Positions 55,454 through 64,000 of a stretch of DNA of 64,000 nucleotides are shown piece by piece (the first letter of the stretch is position 1; every line of letters starts with the position of its first letter). The notes below the pieces were generated by a model, which saw only the letters and a program-made list of their open reading frames with translations, searched no databases and was not told where the DNA came from. Location: the NCBI GenBank assembly GCA_037137455.1, contig JBAXKG010000001.1, positions 418 through 64,417 on the forward strand. Reading direction: 5' to 3'. The translations under genes and the position numbers were made by a program. The DNA comes from Bacteroidota bacterium (GTDB lineage: Bacteria; Bacteroidota; Bacteroidia; Bacteroidales; FEN-979).

Positions 55454-58000
55454 CTACTGCGCCGGCTCAGATTTTTCAAGGTTCGAAACACTTACTACCA
55501 CTTCATCTTTCTCAGCAATGTAATCGACTGTGATCAGATCGCTGTCTGTAAGTTTTGTTTTTATGATCTCCTCTGCCAGAGTATCTTCAACATATTTCTG
55601 TATAGCACGTTTCAGGGGGCGGGCTCCGAATTGAGCATCCCATCCTTTTTCGGCAATATAATCTTTTGCTGCAGAAGTGATAATGATCTGGTAACCAAGA
55701 AGTTTTATTCTGTCATACAGATGACTGAGTTCAATGTCAATAATTTTATGAATATCTTCACGTTCGAGTGATTCAAAAATGATCACATCATCAATTCTGT
55801 TTATAAATTCAGGGGCAAATGCTTTTTTGAGAGCATTTTCAATAACTCCTTTTGCATATTCGCTGGTGGAAGCTTGTTTAGCTGATGTAGCAAAACCAAC
55901 CCCTTGTCCGAAATCCTTTAATTGCCTTGATCCTATATTAGATGTCATTATCACAATTGAGTTTTTAAAGTCAACTTTCCGGCCAAAACTATCGGTCAGC
56001 ATGCCATCGTCAAGTACTTGTAACAATAAATGGAATACATCGGGATGTGCTTTTTCAATTTCATCCAAAAGGACTATAGAGTATGGGCGTCGGCGAATTT
56101 TTTCTGTTAACTGTCCTCCTTCCTCATATCCGACATAACCCGGGGGTGCACCAATGAGGCGTGAAACAGCAAATTTCTCCATGTATTCGCTCATGTCGAT
56201 ACGAACAAGTGCATCCTCTGTATCAAATAAATATTTCGACAGAACCTTTGCCAAATGTGTTTTCCCCACGCCTGTGGGACCAAGGAATATGAAGGTTCCA
56301 ATCGGTTTATTGGGATCTTTGAGACCTGCCCGGTTACGGCGAATAGCTTTGACTACCTTCTTGATGGCCTCATTTTGCCCGATCACAGAATTCTCCAATT
56401 CAGCCTCCATATTTATCAACCGGTCACTTTCGTTTTTTGCAATACGTTGCACCGGTATACCTGTCATCATGGCAACAACTTCTGCCACATTTTCTTCAGC
56501 AACGGATTGACGGTTCAGTTTAGCATTTTCATCCCATTTCTTTTTCTCGCGTTCAAGGCTATCCTGTAGTTTACGTTCGGTATCACGGAGGTCGGCTGCT
56601 TCTTCAAATTTTTGGCTGTTAATTGCAAACATTTTCAATTTTCTGGTCTCTTCGATTTGGTTCTCTACCTTTACGATCTCTTCCGGAACGTTAATATTTG
56701 AAATATGGACACGGGCTCCTGCTTCATCCAGGGCATCAATAGCCTTATCTGGAAGATATCGATCGGTAATATAACGGTTAGTGAGCGAAACGCATGCTTT
56801 AATTGCATCATCGGTATATTTTACGAGGTGGTGGTCTTCATATTTTTCTTTAATGTTATTGAGAATTTCAACAGTCTCCTCTGGAGAAGTCGGATCTACA
56901 AGCACTTTTTGAAACCGGCGTTCAAGGGCTCCGTCTTTTTCGATATATTGACGGTATTCGTCAAGGGTTGTGGCTCCAATACACTGAATGTCGCCCCGTG
57001 CAAGCGCTGGTTTGAACATATTGGAAGCATCGAGAGAACCTGATGCATTACCTGCACCAACAATCGTATGTATTTCATCTATAAAGACGATGATATTTGG
57101 GTTTTTTTCCAGTTCATTCAAAACAGCTTTCATCCGTTCTTCAAACTGCCCGCGATATTTAGTACCGGCAACAAGTGAAGCAAGGTCCAATGATACCAAA
57201 CGTTTGTTGAACAAAGCACGCGACACCTTCCGTTGCACAATTCTTAACGCAAGTCCTTCTGCGATAGCCGATTTACCTACACCTGGTTCTCCGATTAATA
57301 TCGGATTATTTTTTTTGCGCCTGCTCAGAATTTGTGCAATGCGCTGTAATTCCTTTTCACGGCCAACAATGGGATCAAGCCGTCCCTCTTCAGCTGCCTT
57401 TGTTATATCACGGCCAAAATTATCCAGAACCGGTGTCTTCGACTTCGAATCTTGAGGTTTCTTCTGGCTTCCACTGAAGCTTTTTCCACCTTCATCGGGA
57501 TCTTCATCTTCTTCATCCTTGGGCAAAATATCCTGGGGATCATAACGAGGTTCTTCATTCCCGCTGGTAAGTATAGTCTTTAGCTCATCCTTAACAGCGC
57601 TATAATTTACGGAATATGTCGAGAAGGTCTTCGTTACCAGGTTGTTTTCATCTTTCAGGATAGCCAGTAACAGATGTTCAGTGCCAATCAATTCACTGTT
57701 GAAAAGTTTTGCTTCCAGATAGGTTATCTTTAGCGCACGTTCAGCCTGCTTTATCAATGGAAGGTTTTCACCTCCGGAAGGCTTCTCCTTATGGCTGGCA
57801 ACAGCTAATTCAACTTTTTTCTTGATTTCAGTAAGATCAACACGAAGATTGCGTAATATGCGGATTGCCAAACCTTCTCCTTCACGAATAATACCTAAGA
57901 GCAAATGTTCCAACCCAATATAATCATTGCCTAACCGCTGGGCCTCTTCACGGCTATATATCAAAACGTCTTTTACACGTTGCGAAAATTTTGCTTCCAT
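55454..58000 (-). CDS. clpC: ATP-dependent Clp protease ATP-binding subunit ClpC
   Basis: Clp N-repeats are present, with AAA-1 GEPGVGKSAIAEGLA, a UVR-like FEEAADLRDTERKL, AAA-2 GPTGVGKTHLAK and a VGF ClpP-docking tripeptide. The start is placed at MEAKFSQR (CAT at 57998-58000). The ORF-track ATG at 58051 would add 17 atypical residues. Confidence 0.9.
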   Translation of the reverse strand: MEAKFSQRVKDVLIYSREEAQRLGNDYIGLEHLLLGIIREGEGLAIRILRNLRVDLTEIKKKVELAVASHKEKPSGGENLPLIKQAERALKITYLEAKLFNSELIGTEHLLLAILKDENNLVTKTFSTYSVNYSAVKDELKTILTSGNEEPRYDPQDILPKDEEDEDPDEGGKSFSGSQKKPQDSKSKTPVLDNFGRDITKAAEEGRLDPIVGREKELQRIAQILSRRKKNNPILIGEPGVGKSAIAEGLALRIVQRKVSRALFNKRLVSLDLASLVAGTKYRGQFEERMKAVLNELEKNPNIIVFIDEIHTIVGAGNASGSLDASNMFKPALARGDIQCIGATTLDEYRQYIEKDGALERRFQKVLVDPTSPEETVEILNNIKEKYEDHHLVKYTDDAIKACVSLTNRYITDRYLPDKAIDALDEAGARVHISNINVPEEIVKVENQIEETRKLKMFAINSQKFEEAADLRDTERKLQDSLEREKKKWDENAKLNRQSVAEENVAEVVAMMTGIPVQRIAKNESDRLINMEAELENSVIGQNEAIKKVVKAIRRNRAGLKDPNKPIGTFIFLGPTGVGKTHLAKVLSKYLFDTEDALVRIDMSEYMEKFAVSRLIGAPPGYVGYEEGGQLTEKIRRRPYSIVLLDEIEKAHPDVFHLLLQVLDDGMLTDSFGRKVDFKNSIVIMTSNIGSRQLKDFGQGVGFATSAKQASTSEYAKGVIENALKKAFAPEFINRIDDVIIFESLEREDIHKIIDIELSHLYDRIKLLGYQIIITSAAKDYIAEKGWDAQFGARPLKRAIQKYVEDTLAEEIIKTKLTDSDLITVDYIAEKDEVVVSVSNLEKSEPAQ

Positions 58001-58080
58001 AAAATGCTCTTTATCAATATAAGTTGGTACATATGACAAATATCGAACCATATTTTAAGTGGTGAAATTGTCAATGCATT

Positions 58081-58088
58081 CAAAAATA
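58081..58088 (-). promoter_or_regulatory. candidate -7 element (TATTTTTG on minus strand)
   Basis: The plus-strand CAAAAATA lies 80 nt upstream of the preferred clpC start. Confidence 0.35.
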
Positions 58089-58271
58089 CGATCGAATTTT
58101 CTATTTTATTGTGGAATGCCCTTAATTTATTAACACTTTTATGTTAGTAAGAGACAAAAATATTTATCTTGAAATCATGGTTTTGAAAGGGATTTTTGTT
58201 ACCTTCGTAACATAATTTCAGGTATTTTATATATCTGGAAATTAATCATATAACTAATTTTGTGAGACGAT

Positions 58272-60839
58272 ATGGAATCGGGAGAAAAAATAGTTCAGGT
58301 AAATATTGAAAATCAGATGAAGACCGCCTACATTGACTATTCAATGTCGGTGATTGTGCAACGAGCATTGCCTGATGTTAGGGATGGTTTAAAACCAGTT
58401 CACAGACGTGTTTTATTTGGAATGTATGAACTGGGAGTTCTTTCAAACAGGGCATATAAAAAATCAGCAAGAATAGTTGGCGAAGTGTTGGGAAAATTCC
58501 ATCCACACGGCGATACTTCTGTTTATGATGCCATGGTTAGGATGGCCCAGGAGTGGAGTTTGCGTTATCCTTTGGTTGACGGACAGGGAAATTTTGGTTC
58601 AATGGATGGCGACAATCCGGCCGCTATGAGGTATACAGAGGCACGCCTTCAGAAGATCGCTGAAGAAATGGTTGCAGATATTGAAAAGGATACAGTCGAT
58701 TACAAGTTAAATTTTGATGATACTTTGAAGGAACCGACGGTAATGCCTTCAAGGATTCCAAATCTGTTGATTAACGGAGCATCTGGAATTGCCGTTGGGA
58801 TGGCCACAAACATGGCGCCTCATAACCTGAGTGAAGTTGTTGATGGTATCATTGCATATATTGACAACAGGGGAATAACCATCCCTGAGCTGATGAAATT
58901 TATCAAGGCGCCTGATTTTCCAACTGGGGGAATTATTTACGGATATGATGGTGTTAAAGATGCATTCGAGACTGGAAGAGGGAGGATTGTAATTCGTGGT
59001 GAGACAAAAATAGAACAGGATGATCATGGCCGGGAAAAAATTATAGTCAATTCGGTTCCATACCAGGTAAACAAAGCTGAAATGATTAAAAAAACAGCCG
59101 ATCTGGTCAATGATAAAAAAATTGAAGGTATTTCTGATATCCGTGATGAGTCAGACCGCAATGGAGTACGCATTGTTTACGAGCTTAAGCGCGAGGCAAT
59201 TACAAACGTGGTGTTGAATAAGTTGTACCAAATGACGGCTTTACAAACATCGTTCAATGTCAATAACATAGCCCTTGTCAAGGGGCGGCCAATGATGTTG
59301 AATCTAAAGGATATGATCGTTCATTATGTTGAGCACCGTCATGAAGTAATTATCAGAAGGACCAGATATGATTTGGCAGAGGCACTTAAAAGGGCTCATA
59401 TCCTTGAAGGCTTGCTAATTGCGCTCGACAATCTTGATGCAGTGATAGCTTTGATCAGGGCATCTCAAACGCCAGATGAAGCAAAATCAGGGTTGATTGC
59501 TGGTTTCGGATTAAGCGAAATCCAGTCAAAGGCAATTCTGGATATGCGTTTACAAAGATTGACAGGACTTGAACGTGAAAAAATAAAGGAAGAGTATGCA
59601 GAATTGATGAAGCTCATTGATTATTTGAATAGTGTATTGGCAGATGAATCGATGCGCATGAATATCATTAAAGATGATTTGAGGGAGGTTAAAGAAAAAT
59701 TCGGTGATGAGCCAAGGTCGCAAATCGTTTATGCTGCTTCAGATTTCAGAATTGAAGATACGATTCCTGATGAAAATGTAGTCATCACCATTTCGCATAT
59801 GGGTTATATCAAGAGGACTCCGCTATCTGAATACAGAGTGCAAAATAGGGGAGGGCGTGGTGTTAAAGGGTCAGAAATCCGTGATGAAGATTTTCTTGAG
59901 CATCTCTTTGTTGCAACTAACCATAATTATCTGCTTTTCTTTACAGAAAAGGGTAAATGCTTTTGGCTCAGAGTTTATGAAATCCCTGAGGGCGGAAAAA
60001 CTTCAAAGGGCAGAGCAATTCAGAACCTTGTAAATATTGAGCCGGATGATAAGGTAAGGGCATTCATTAATGTTAAAAATCTGAAAGACGAAGAGTACAT
60101 CTCTTCGAACTTTATTATCCTTGCTACAAGGAAAGGCACCATAAAAAAGACCTCTTTGGAGGCATATTCCCGTCCACGTCAAAACGGAATCAATGCCATT
60201 ACAATCAATGAAGGGGACCAGCTGCTTGAGGCTAAGTTAACACAGGGAACAGATGAGGTTGTTATGGCGTTGAAATCGGGCCGGGCAATAAGGTTTAACG
60301 AAAAAACCGTTCGTCCGATGGGCCGTAATGCAGCAGGTGTTCGCGGAATTTCTATCACAGGCGCCAATGATGAGGTTGTTGGAATGATATGCATCCCGTT
60401 GGATAAAAAATGTGAAGTATTGGTGGTTTCTGAAAATGGTTATGGCAAACGATCAGACCTCGATGATTACCGTATCACAAACCGTGGAGGAAAAGGAGTA
60501 AAAACCTTGAATATCACAGATAAAACCGGAGCCGTAATTGCTGTAAAGGATGTTACAGACAGTGATGACCTGATGATCATCAATCGATCGGGAGTTATCA
60601 TCAGGATGGCAGTAGCGAACCTTCGGGTGATGGGGCGCGCTACCCAAGGCGTTAGGCTGATTAAAATTGATGAAGGTGATTCTATTGCGGCAGTTGCAAA
60701 AGTTGATGTAGAGGTGGCGCCTGAAAATGAAGAGGAACAGGTTATGGATAATAGTGAAACCACAGGCGAAATTATCACTGATAGCCAAGATGATCCAATT
60801 GTGAATGATAGAACAGTCACCCCGGAATTTGAAAATTAA
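58272..60839 (+). CDS. gyrA: DNA gyrase subunit A
   Basis: 855 aa with active-site Tyr context [12 protein letters not shown], a QRDR-like [18 protein letters not shown] and an acidic C-terminal tail. Confidence 0.97.
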   Translation: MESGEKIVQVNIENQMKTAYIDYSMSVIVQRALPDVRDGLKPVHRRVLFGMYELGVLSNRAYKKSARIVGEVLGKFHPHGDTSVYDAMVRMAQEWSLRYPLVDGQGNFGSMDGDNPAAMRYTEARLQKIAEEMVADIEKDTVDYKLNFDDTLKEPTVMPSRIPNLLINGASGIAVGMATNMAPHNLSEVVDGIIAYIDNRGITIPELMKFIKAPDFPTGGIIYGYDGVKDAFETGRGRIVIRGETKIEQDDHGREKIIVNSVPYQVNKAEMIKKTADLVNDKKIEGISDIRDESDRNGVRIVYELKREAITNVVLNKLYQMTALQTSFNVNNIALVKGRPMMLNLKDMIVHYVEHRHEVIIRRTRYDLAEALKRAHILEGLLIALDNLDAVIALIRASQTPDEAKSGLIAGFGLSEIQSKAILDMRLQRLTGLEREKIKEEYAELMKLIDYLNSVLADESMRMNIIKDDLREVKEKFGDEPRSQIVYAASDFRIEDTIPDENVVITISHMGYIKRTPLSEYRVQNRGGRGVKGSEIRDEDFLEHLFVATNHNYLLFFTEKGKCFWLRVYEIPEGGKTSKGRAIQNLVNIEPDDKVRAFINVKNLKDEEYISSNFIILATRKGTIKKTSLEAYSRPRQNGINAITINEGDQLLEAKLTQGTDEVVMALKSGRAIRFNEKTVRPMGRNAAGVRGISITGANDEVVGMICIPLDKKCEVLVVSENGYGKRSDLDDYRITNRGGKGVKTLNITDKTGAVIAVKDVTDSDDLMIINRSGVIIRMAVANLRVMGRATQGVRLIKIDEGDSIAAVAKVDVEVAPENEEEQVMDNSETTGEIITDSQDDPIVNDRTVTPEFEN

Positions 60840-60875
60840 TTTGACTTTTGTAGCATATATTAGAACAGTATTTTT

Positions 60876-60883
60876 TATCTTTG
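60876..60883 (+). promoter_or_regulatory. candidate -7 element (TATCTTTG)
   Basis: It lies 45 nt upstream of the ATG at 60929. Confidence 0.45.
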
Positions 60884-60928
60884 CCGACTAAAAATCAACT
60901 CAAAAGTATCATTCTAATAATCAAATAG

Positions 60929-62116
60929 ATGAAAAAATTTGCATTACTTTTAGTATTGGTAACCTCCATTACTATTGCATTCGGACAGAAAAATGTTCGA
61001 CAAACCGCCTCTAATTATCTGAAAGATGGAAAATTAGATAAGGCTATGGAAGCAATTAACAATTGTATATTGGATCCCAGTACTGCTCAGGATGCCAAAG
61101 CATGGTTAATCAGGGGAAATATATACCTTGAAATTGCTAATTCCGTTGATGAAAAATTCAAAATCCTCGATGCAGATGCATTATCCAAGGCTTTGGAATC
61201 GTATAAGAAGGCAATTGAATTTGATGTTAAAAAAGATTATAACGATGAAATATTTGTTAAACTGAATTTTCAGCGTAATAATTTTTATAATACCGGAGTT
61301 GATGAGTATAATAAGAAGAATTTTAAGGCTGCCATGGTGAATTTTGCCAAAGGTGCAGAAGTTCTTGAACCGGTAAATGTTTCAGATACCATCTCTATTT
61401 TAAATGCTGCAACCTGTGCCTCATTGGCAAACGATAGGGAGTCAGCAAAGATTTATTATATTAAATTATTAAAGGAAGACTATAAATCAGCTGTATTATT
61501 TATGACATTATCAGATCTTTATCGCCAGGATAAGGATTCTACTAATGCATTGAAATATGTACAAATGGGCCAGAAGATCTATCCTGACGATCTCAGGTTA
61601 TTTCTATCTGAGACCAATATTTATTTGACATTCAATAATACGCCTAAAGCTTTAAGCAACCTTAAAGTTGCAATGGCTAAAGATTCTACGAATTCTTCTG
61701 TCGCATTTGCAATGGGAACCATTTATGATAATATTTCAAATGATACAACCAAAACTGTTGCTCAGCGTAAAGAAGCCTTTGATAATGCAGTAGTTGCCTA
61801 TACAAATGCAATTCGTTTGAATGCTGAGTATTTTGAAGGAAATTATAATCTTGGAGCATTATTTGTAAATAAAGCTGCCTCTATTAATGATGAGGCAAAT
61901 AAGTTACCTCTTGATGCAACAGCGCATTACGATAAGCTAAAGAAAGAGGCTGACTTATATCTTGAAAAGGCGCTACCATACCTTGAAAAAGCAACAGACC
62001 TTCAACCAGATGATGTTAACACGCTTTATTCTTTGAAGCAAATCTATGCCAGGACAAATAAGACAGATAAAATGAAGCAGGTTCAGGAAAAAATTAACGC
62101 GGCTCAGAAGAAATAG
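60929..62116 (+). CDS. secreted tetratricopeptide-repeat protein
   Basis: 395 aa with a signal peptide and repeated TPR-like helix pairs (...AWLIRGNIYLE..., ...YNLGALFVNKA..., ...LYSLKQIYAR...). Confidence 0.7.
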   Translation: MKKFALLLVLVTSITIAFGQKNVRQTASNYLKDGKLDKAMEAINNCILDPSTAQDAKAWLIRGNIYLEIANSVDEKFKILDADALSKALESYKKAIEFDVKKDYNDEIFVKLNFQRNNFYNTGVDEYNKKNFKAAMVNFAKGAEVLEPVNVSDTISILNAATCASLANDRESAKIYYIKLLKEDYKSAVLFMTLSDLYRQDKDSTNALKYVQMGQKIYPDDLRLFLSETNIYLTFNNTPKALSNLKVAMAKDSTNSSVAFAMGTIYDNISNDTTKTVAQRKEAFDNAVVAYTNAIRLNAEYFEGNYNLGALFVNKAASINDEANKLPLDATAHYDKLKKEADLYLEKALPYLEKATDLQPDDVNTLYSLKQIYARTNKTDKMKQVQEKINAAQKK

Positions 62117-62132
62117 GGCAGGTGAAAGATTA

Positions 62133-62176
62133 ATCAGGAGAATAACTGCTATTGGATATTCTCCTGATATTTTTAT
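62133..62176 (+). terminator. rho-independent terminator after the TPR gene
   Basis: The 11-bp stem ATCAGGAGAAT (62133-62143) pairs with ATTCTCCTGAT (62158-62168) around a 14-nt loop, followed by ATTTTTAT. Confidence 0.7.
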
Positions 62177-62220
62177 ATTTACTATTTAACATAATATTAA
62201 TTATAAGATTAATGTTTATT

Positions 62221-62253
62221 AAAAAAAGCCCGTTATGGGTTATAACAGGCTTT
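62221..62253 (-). terminator. rho-independent terminator after the SRPBCC/GyrI-like gene
   Basis: The minus-strand RNA AGCCUGUUAU-AACCC-AUAACGGGCU forms a 10-bp stem with one G-U pair, followed by U7 (plus-strand A7 at 62221-62227). It lies about 25 nt after the stop at 62279. Confidence 0.8.
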
Positions 62254-62278
62254 CAATTTGTCAAAAAAAGCAAATGGT

Positions 62279-63280
62279 TCATTTAACCGGGAAAAAGATG
62301 TGGGTCTCCCATTTCATGGTATCCTTTTCAACCATCGGGTTCGTAATATAAATTTCTGAAGGTCCACCGGTTTCAATTTTTTCAGCAGCTTTAATATATG
62401 ATGCCAGCGCCCGGTATACAGGTTCTGTTTTGTCGTATGGCCCAAAATATATCGCTTTCACACCATTTTGTTCAGGAAGTTTAACCACCTGGATACGACC
62501 CTTCCCTTTTTCTGCCTTTTCCACAGGAATACAGATATTCATAACAGAAAAATAGGTTACGGAGTCCCATTTAAGATATGTGGCAAATGGTGATCCATTT
62601 TGAACAAGTTTATTGGCCTTGATAAAACCGTACAATTCCCCATACCCTTTTCCCATTACTGCTCCATATTCCTTTGGTCCTGCCGAATCGAGTATTAATA
62701 CGACTGTTTGGGCAGGTATCACAAATTCCTCAATACTGGGCCATCCTTTCCGCTCTTCGGCGACTTTTTTCAGTTTGACCAACCCTTTTTCAAAGTCTGG
62801 TCCCATAATCCTGTCCATCAATAAACCCATATATCGACTCATCGGGTTATATCCAAGATCGCCTTCATCGAACCATGATACTTTACACGAATCTCCTTGA
62901 TTTTCGATAACAATTTTACCTTTTGATTTATATTTCCCTTTATCGAAAGCTAAATCATAGGCAACAAGTTGGCCAGGAATCAACTCACTGGCAATCATTT
63001 CACCCTGACCTAATTTTTTACCCTCCCATTTCCAGGATGTGCCAACCTGACCTGCCACGCCAGTCGTTTCAAAGACAGCCGTTGTGTCAAACTCTTTTGT
63101 CCATGTTACCCAAAGATGCCATTGTTGAAAATTACTTGTCAATCCATAAATTATTTCAGGTTTTGAATTAACGATTATGCTCCTTTCGACCTTATAGGTC
63201 TTCGGTAAGAGGAATGCAATAATAACCAGAACGGCCACGATGCCCAATAACCAATAAAAAACTTTTACGACTGTTTTCAT
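62279..63280 (-). CDS. membrane-anchored SRPBCC-like + GyrI-like (small-molecule-binding) two-domain protein
   Basis: 333 aa with an N-terminal TM (FYWLLGIVAVLVIIAFLL). The first half resembles the polyketide-cyclase/SRPBCC fold and the second half resembles GyrI-like effector-binding domains. The assignment is by pattern memory only. Confidence 0.55.
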   Translation of the reverse strand: MKTVVKVFYWLLGIVAVLVIIAFLLPKTYKVERSIIVNSKPEIIYGLTSNFQQWHLWVTWTKEFDTTAVFETTGVAGQVGTSWKWEGKKLGQGEMIASELIPGQLVAYDLAFDKGKYKSKGKIVIENQGDSCKVSWFDEGDLGYNPMSRYMGLLMDRIMGPDFEKGLVKLKKVAEERKGWPSIEEFVIPAQTVVLILDSAGPKEYGAVMGKGYGELYGFIKANKLVQNGSPFATYLKWDSVTYFSVMNICIPVEKAEKGKGRIQVVKLPEQNGVKAIYFGPYDKTEPVYRALASYIKAAEKIETGGPSEIYITNPMVEKDTMKWETHIFFPVK

Positions 63281-63354
63281 AACCAGATTTTAGTATTGTT
63301 AAGTAAAATTAATCTATATTAAAATATTACACAAATCCTCTAAGGAAATATTCC

Positions 63355-63362
63355 TATTTTTG
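63355..63362 (+). promoter_or_regulatory. candidate -7 element (TATTTTTG)
   Basis: It lies 22 nt upstream of the ATG at 63385. Confidence 0.45.
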
Positions 63363-63384
63363 CCACTTAACATAATGTTTTCGA

Positions 63385-64000
63385 ATGAAAATTGCTGTTA
63401 CTGGCGCTAATGGACATGTGGGCGTAAATCTATGCAAATCTTTAATTGAACAAGGTCACCAGGTTAAAGCGCTTACCCACCATCACAATCAGGGGCTTCT
63501 CCACATTCCTGTCCAAATCATTAATGGAGACATTTTAGATAAACAGTCCTTAATGCCACTACTTGATGAAGTGGAAGTTATATTTCACTTAGCCGCAAAA
63601 ATTTCGATTTCCGGCGACCGAAATGGTATGGTTCAAAGAATCAATGCTGAGGGTACCAGGAATTTATTATCAATAGTTGCTGATTTTAAGGTCGAACGGT
63701 TTATATATTTCAGCTCTATTCATGCATTCCAGCAACAGCCGCAGGACCAGCCACTTGATGAAACAAGGCCACTTGTTGTACATGAAGGGTTCGCCTATGA
63801 CCGTTCAAAAGCTGATGGCGAACGAGCTGTAATGGAGGCCGTAAAAAATGGACTAAACGCAGTGGTACTTAGTCCGACTGCCATTATTGGTCCGGAAGAC
63901 CCTGAACCATCACTTATCGGTACAGCCGTGATTGATCTTTACAATCACAAAATTCCATCTCTTGTCCCAGGTGGTTATGATTGGGTTGATGTGAGGGATG
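63385..64000 (+). CDS. NAD-dependent epimerase/dehydratase family protein (dihydroflavonol-reductase-like), 3' end beyond the window
   Basis: My own translation gives MKIAVTGANGHVGVNLCKSLIEQGH... with a Rossmann motif GANGHVG and catalytic YDRSK. The frame stays open to position 64000, and the ORF is not in the track because it is open-ended. Confidence 0.85.
   Translation, partial: MKIAVTGANGHVGVNLCKSLIEQGHQVKALTHHHNQGLLHIPVQIINGDILDKQSLMPLLDEVEVIFHLAAKISISGDRNGMVQRINAEGTRNLLSIVADFKVERFIYFSSIHAFQQQPQDQPLDETRPLVVHEGFAYDRSKADGERAVMEAVKNGLNAVVLSPTAIIGPEDPEPSLIGTAVIDLYNHKIPSLVPGGYDWVDVRD

Noticed and set aside
55779-57455. Series of plus-strand ORFs (119, 118, 104, 112 and 155 aa) antisense to clpC
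   Set aside because: They are all inside the ClpC coding region. Their Ser/Arg/Phe-rich nonsense-like sequences are explained by the codon bias of the sense strand.
58001-58051. 17-codon N-terminal extension of clpC given by the ORF track (MVRYLSYVPTYIDKEHF)
   Set aside because: ClpC/ClpB N-domains normally begin right at the M-x-x-(F)-(S/T) segment, here MEAKFSQRVKDVL. The extension has no counterpart that I know of, so the internal ATG at 58000 is preferred.
60453-60820. 111-aa and 117-aa minus-strand ORFs at the 3' end of gyrA
   Set aside because: They lie antisense to the GyrA C-terminal beta-pinwheel and acidic tail. Their sequences are Ser/Ile-rich and low-complexity, so they are shadows.

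Overview
This is a dense, almost entirely protein-coding 64-kb window with about 50 CDS, two of them cut by the window edges. It reads as core chromosome of a Bacteroidota bacterium. Three things support that: the Bacteroidota -7 promoter motif TAnnTTTG sits in front of many genes, one secreted peptidase ends in a T9SS C-terminal sorting domain, and the bamD-rpoZ-coaBC-DUF4835-recN and dnaA-PTPase-methyltransferase neighbourhoods are typical of the phylum as far as I remember. Housekeeping genes include mnmE, sucD, fabG, dnaA, prmC, yggS, serC-serA, rpmE (L31 type B), lon, dapA, coaBC, recN, fabI, etfBA, clpC and gyrA. I saw no rRNA, tRNA, CRISPR array, transposase or integrase, phage genes, recognisable defence genes or large repeats. 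Four things deserve a second look. (1) A four-gene non-classical glycogen locus (3655-12595) ends in a 1417-aa ORF that fuses a GT3 glycogen synthase to a GT35 alpha-glucan phosphorylase. The same locus has a GH57 enzyme with a histone-H1-like lysine tail and a 7-nt tandem repeat in an internal spacer. (2) etfB-etfA is followed by a two-gene membrane (heme-b-like TM + 2x[4Fe-4S]) / CCG-domain oxidoreductase and a long acyl-CoA dehydrogenase (49745-55436). This is probably an ETF:menaquinone module standing in for canonical ETF-QO. (3) serC-serA is followed by an orphan Avd-like four-helix-bundle gene and then DUF1015. (4) The AT-rich spacer upstream of dnaA is a candidate oriC but has no obvious DnaA boxes. 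None of these proves a wholly new system. All functional calls rest on motif recognition by eye and on remembered family features, not on database searches.
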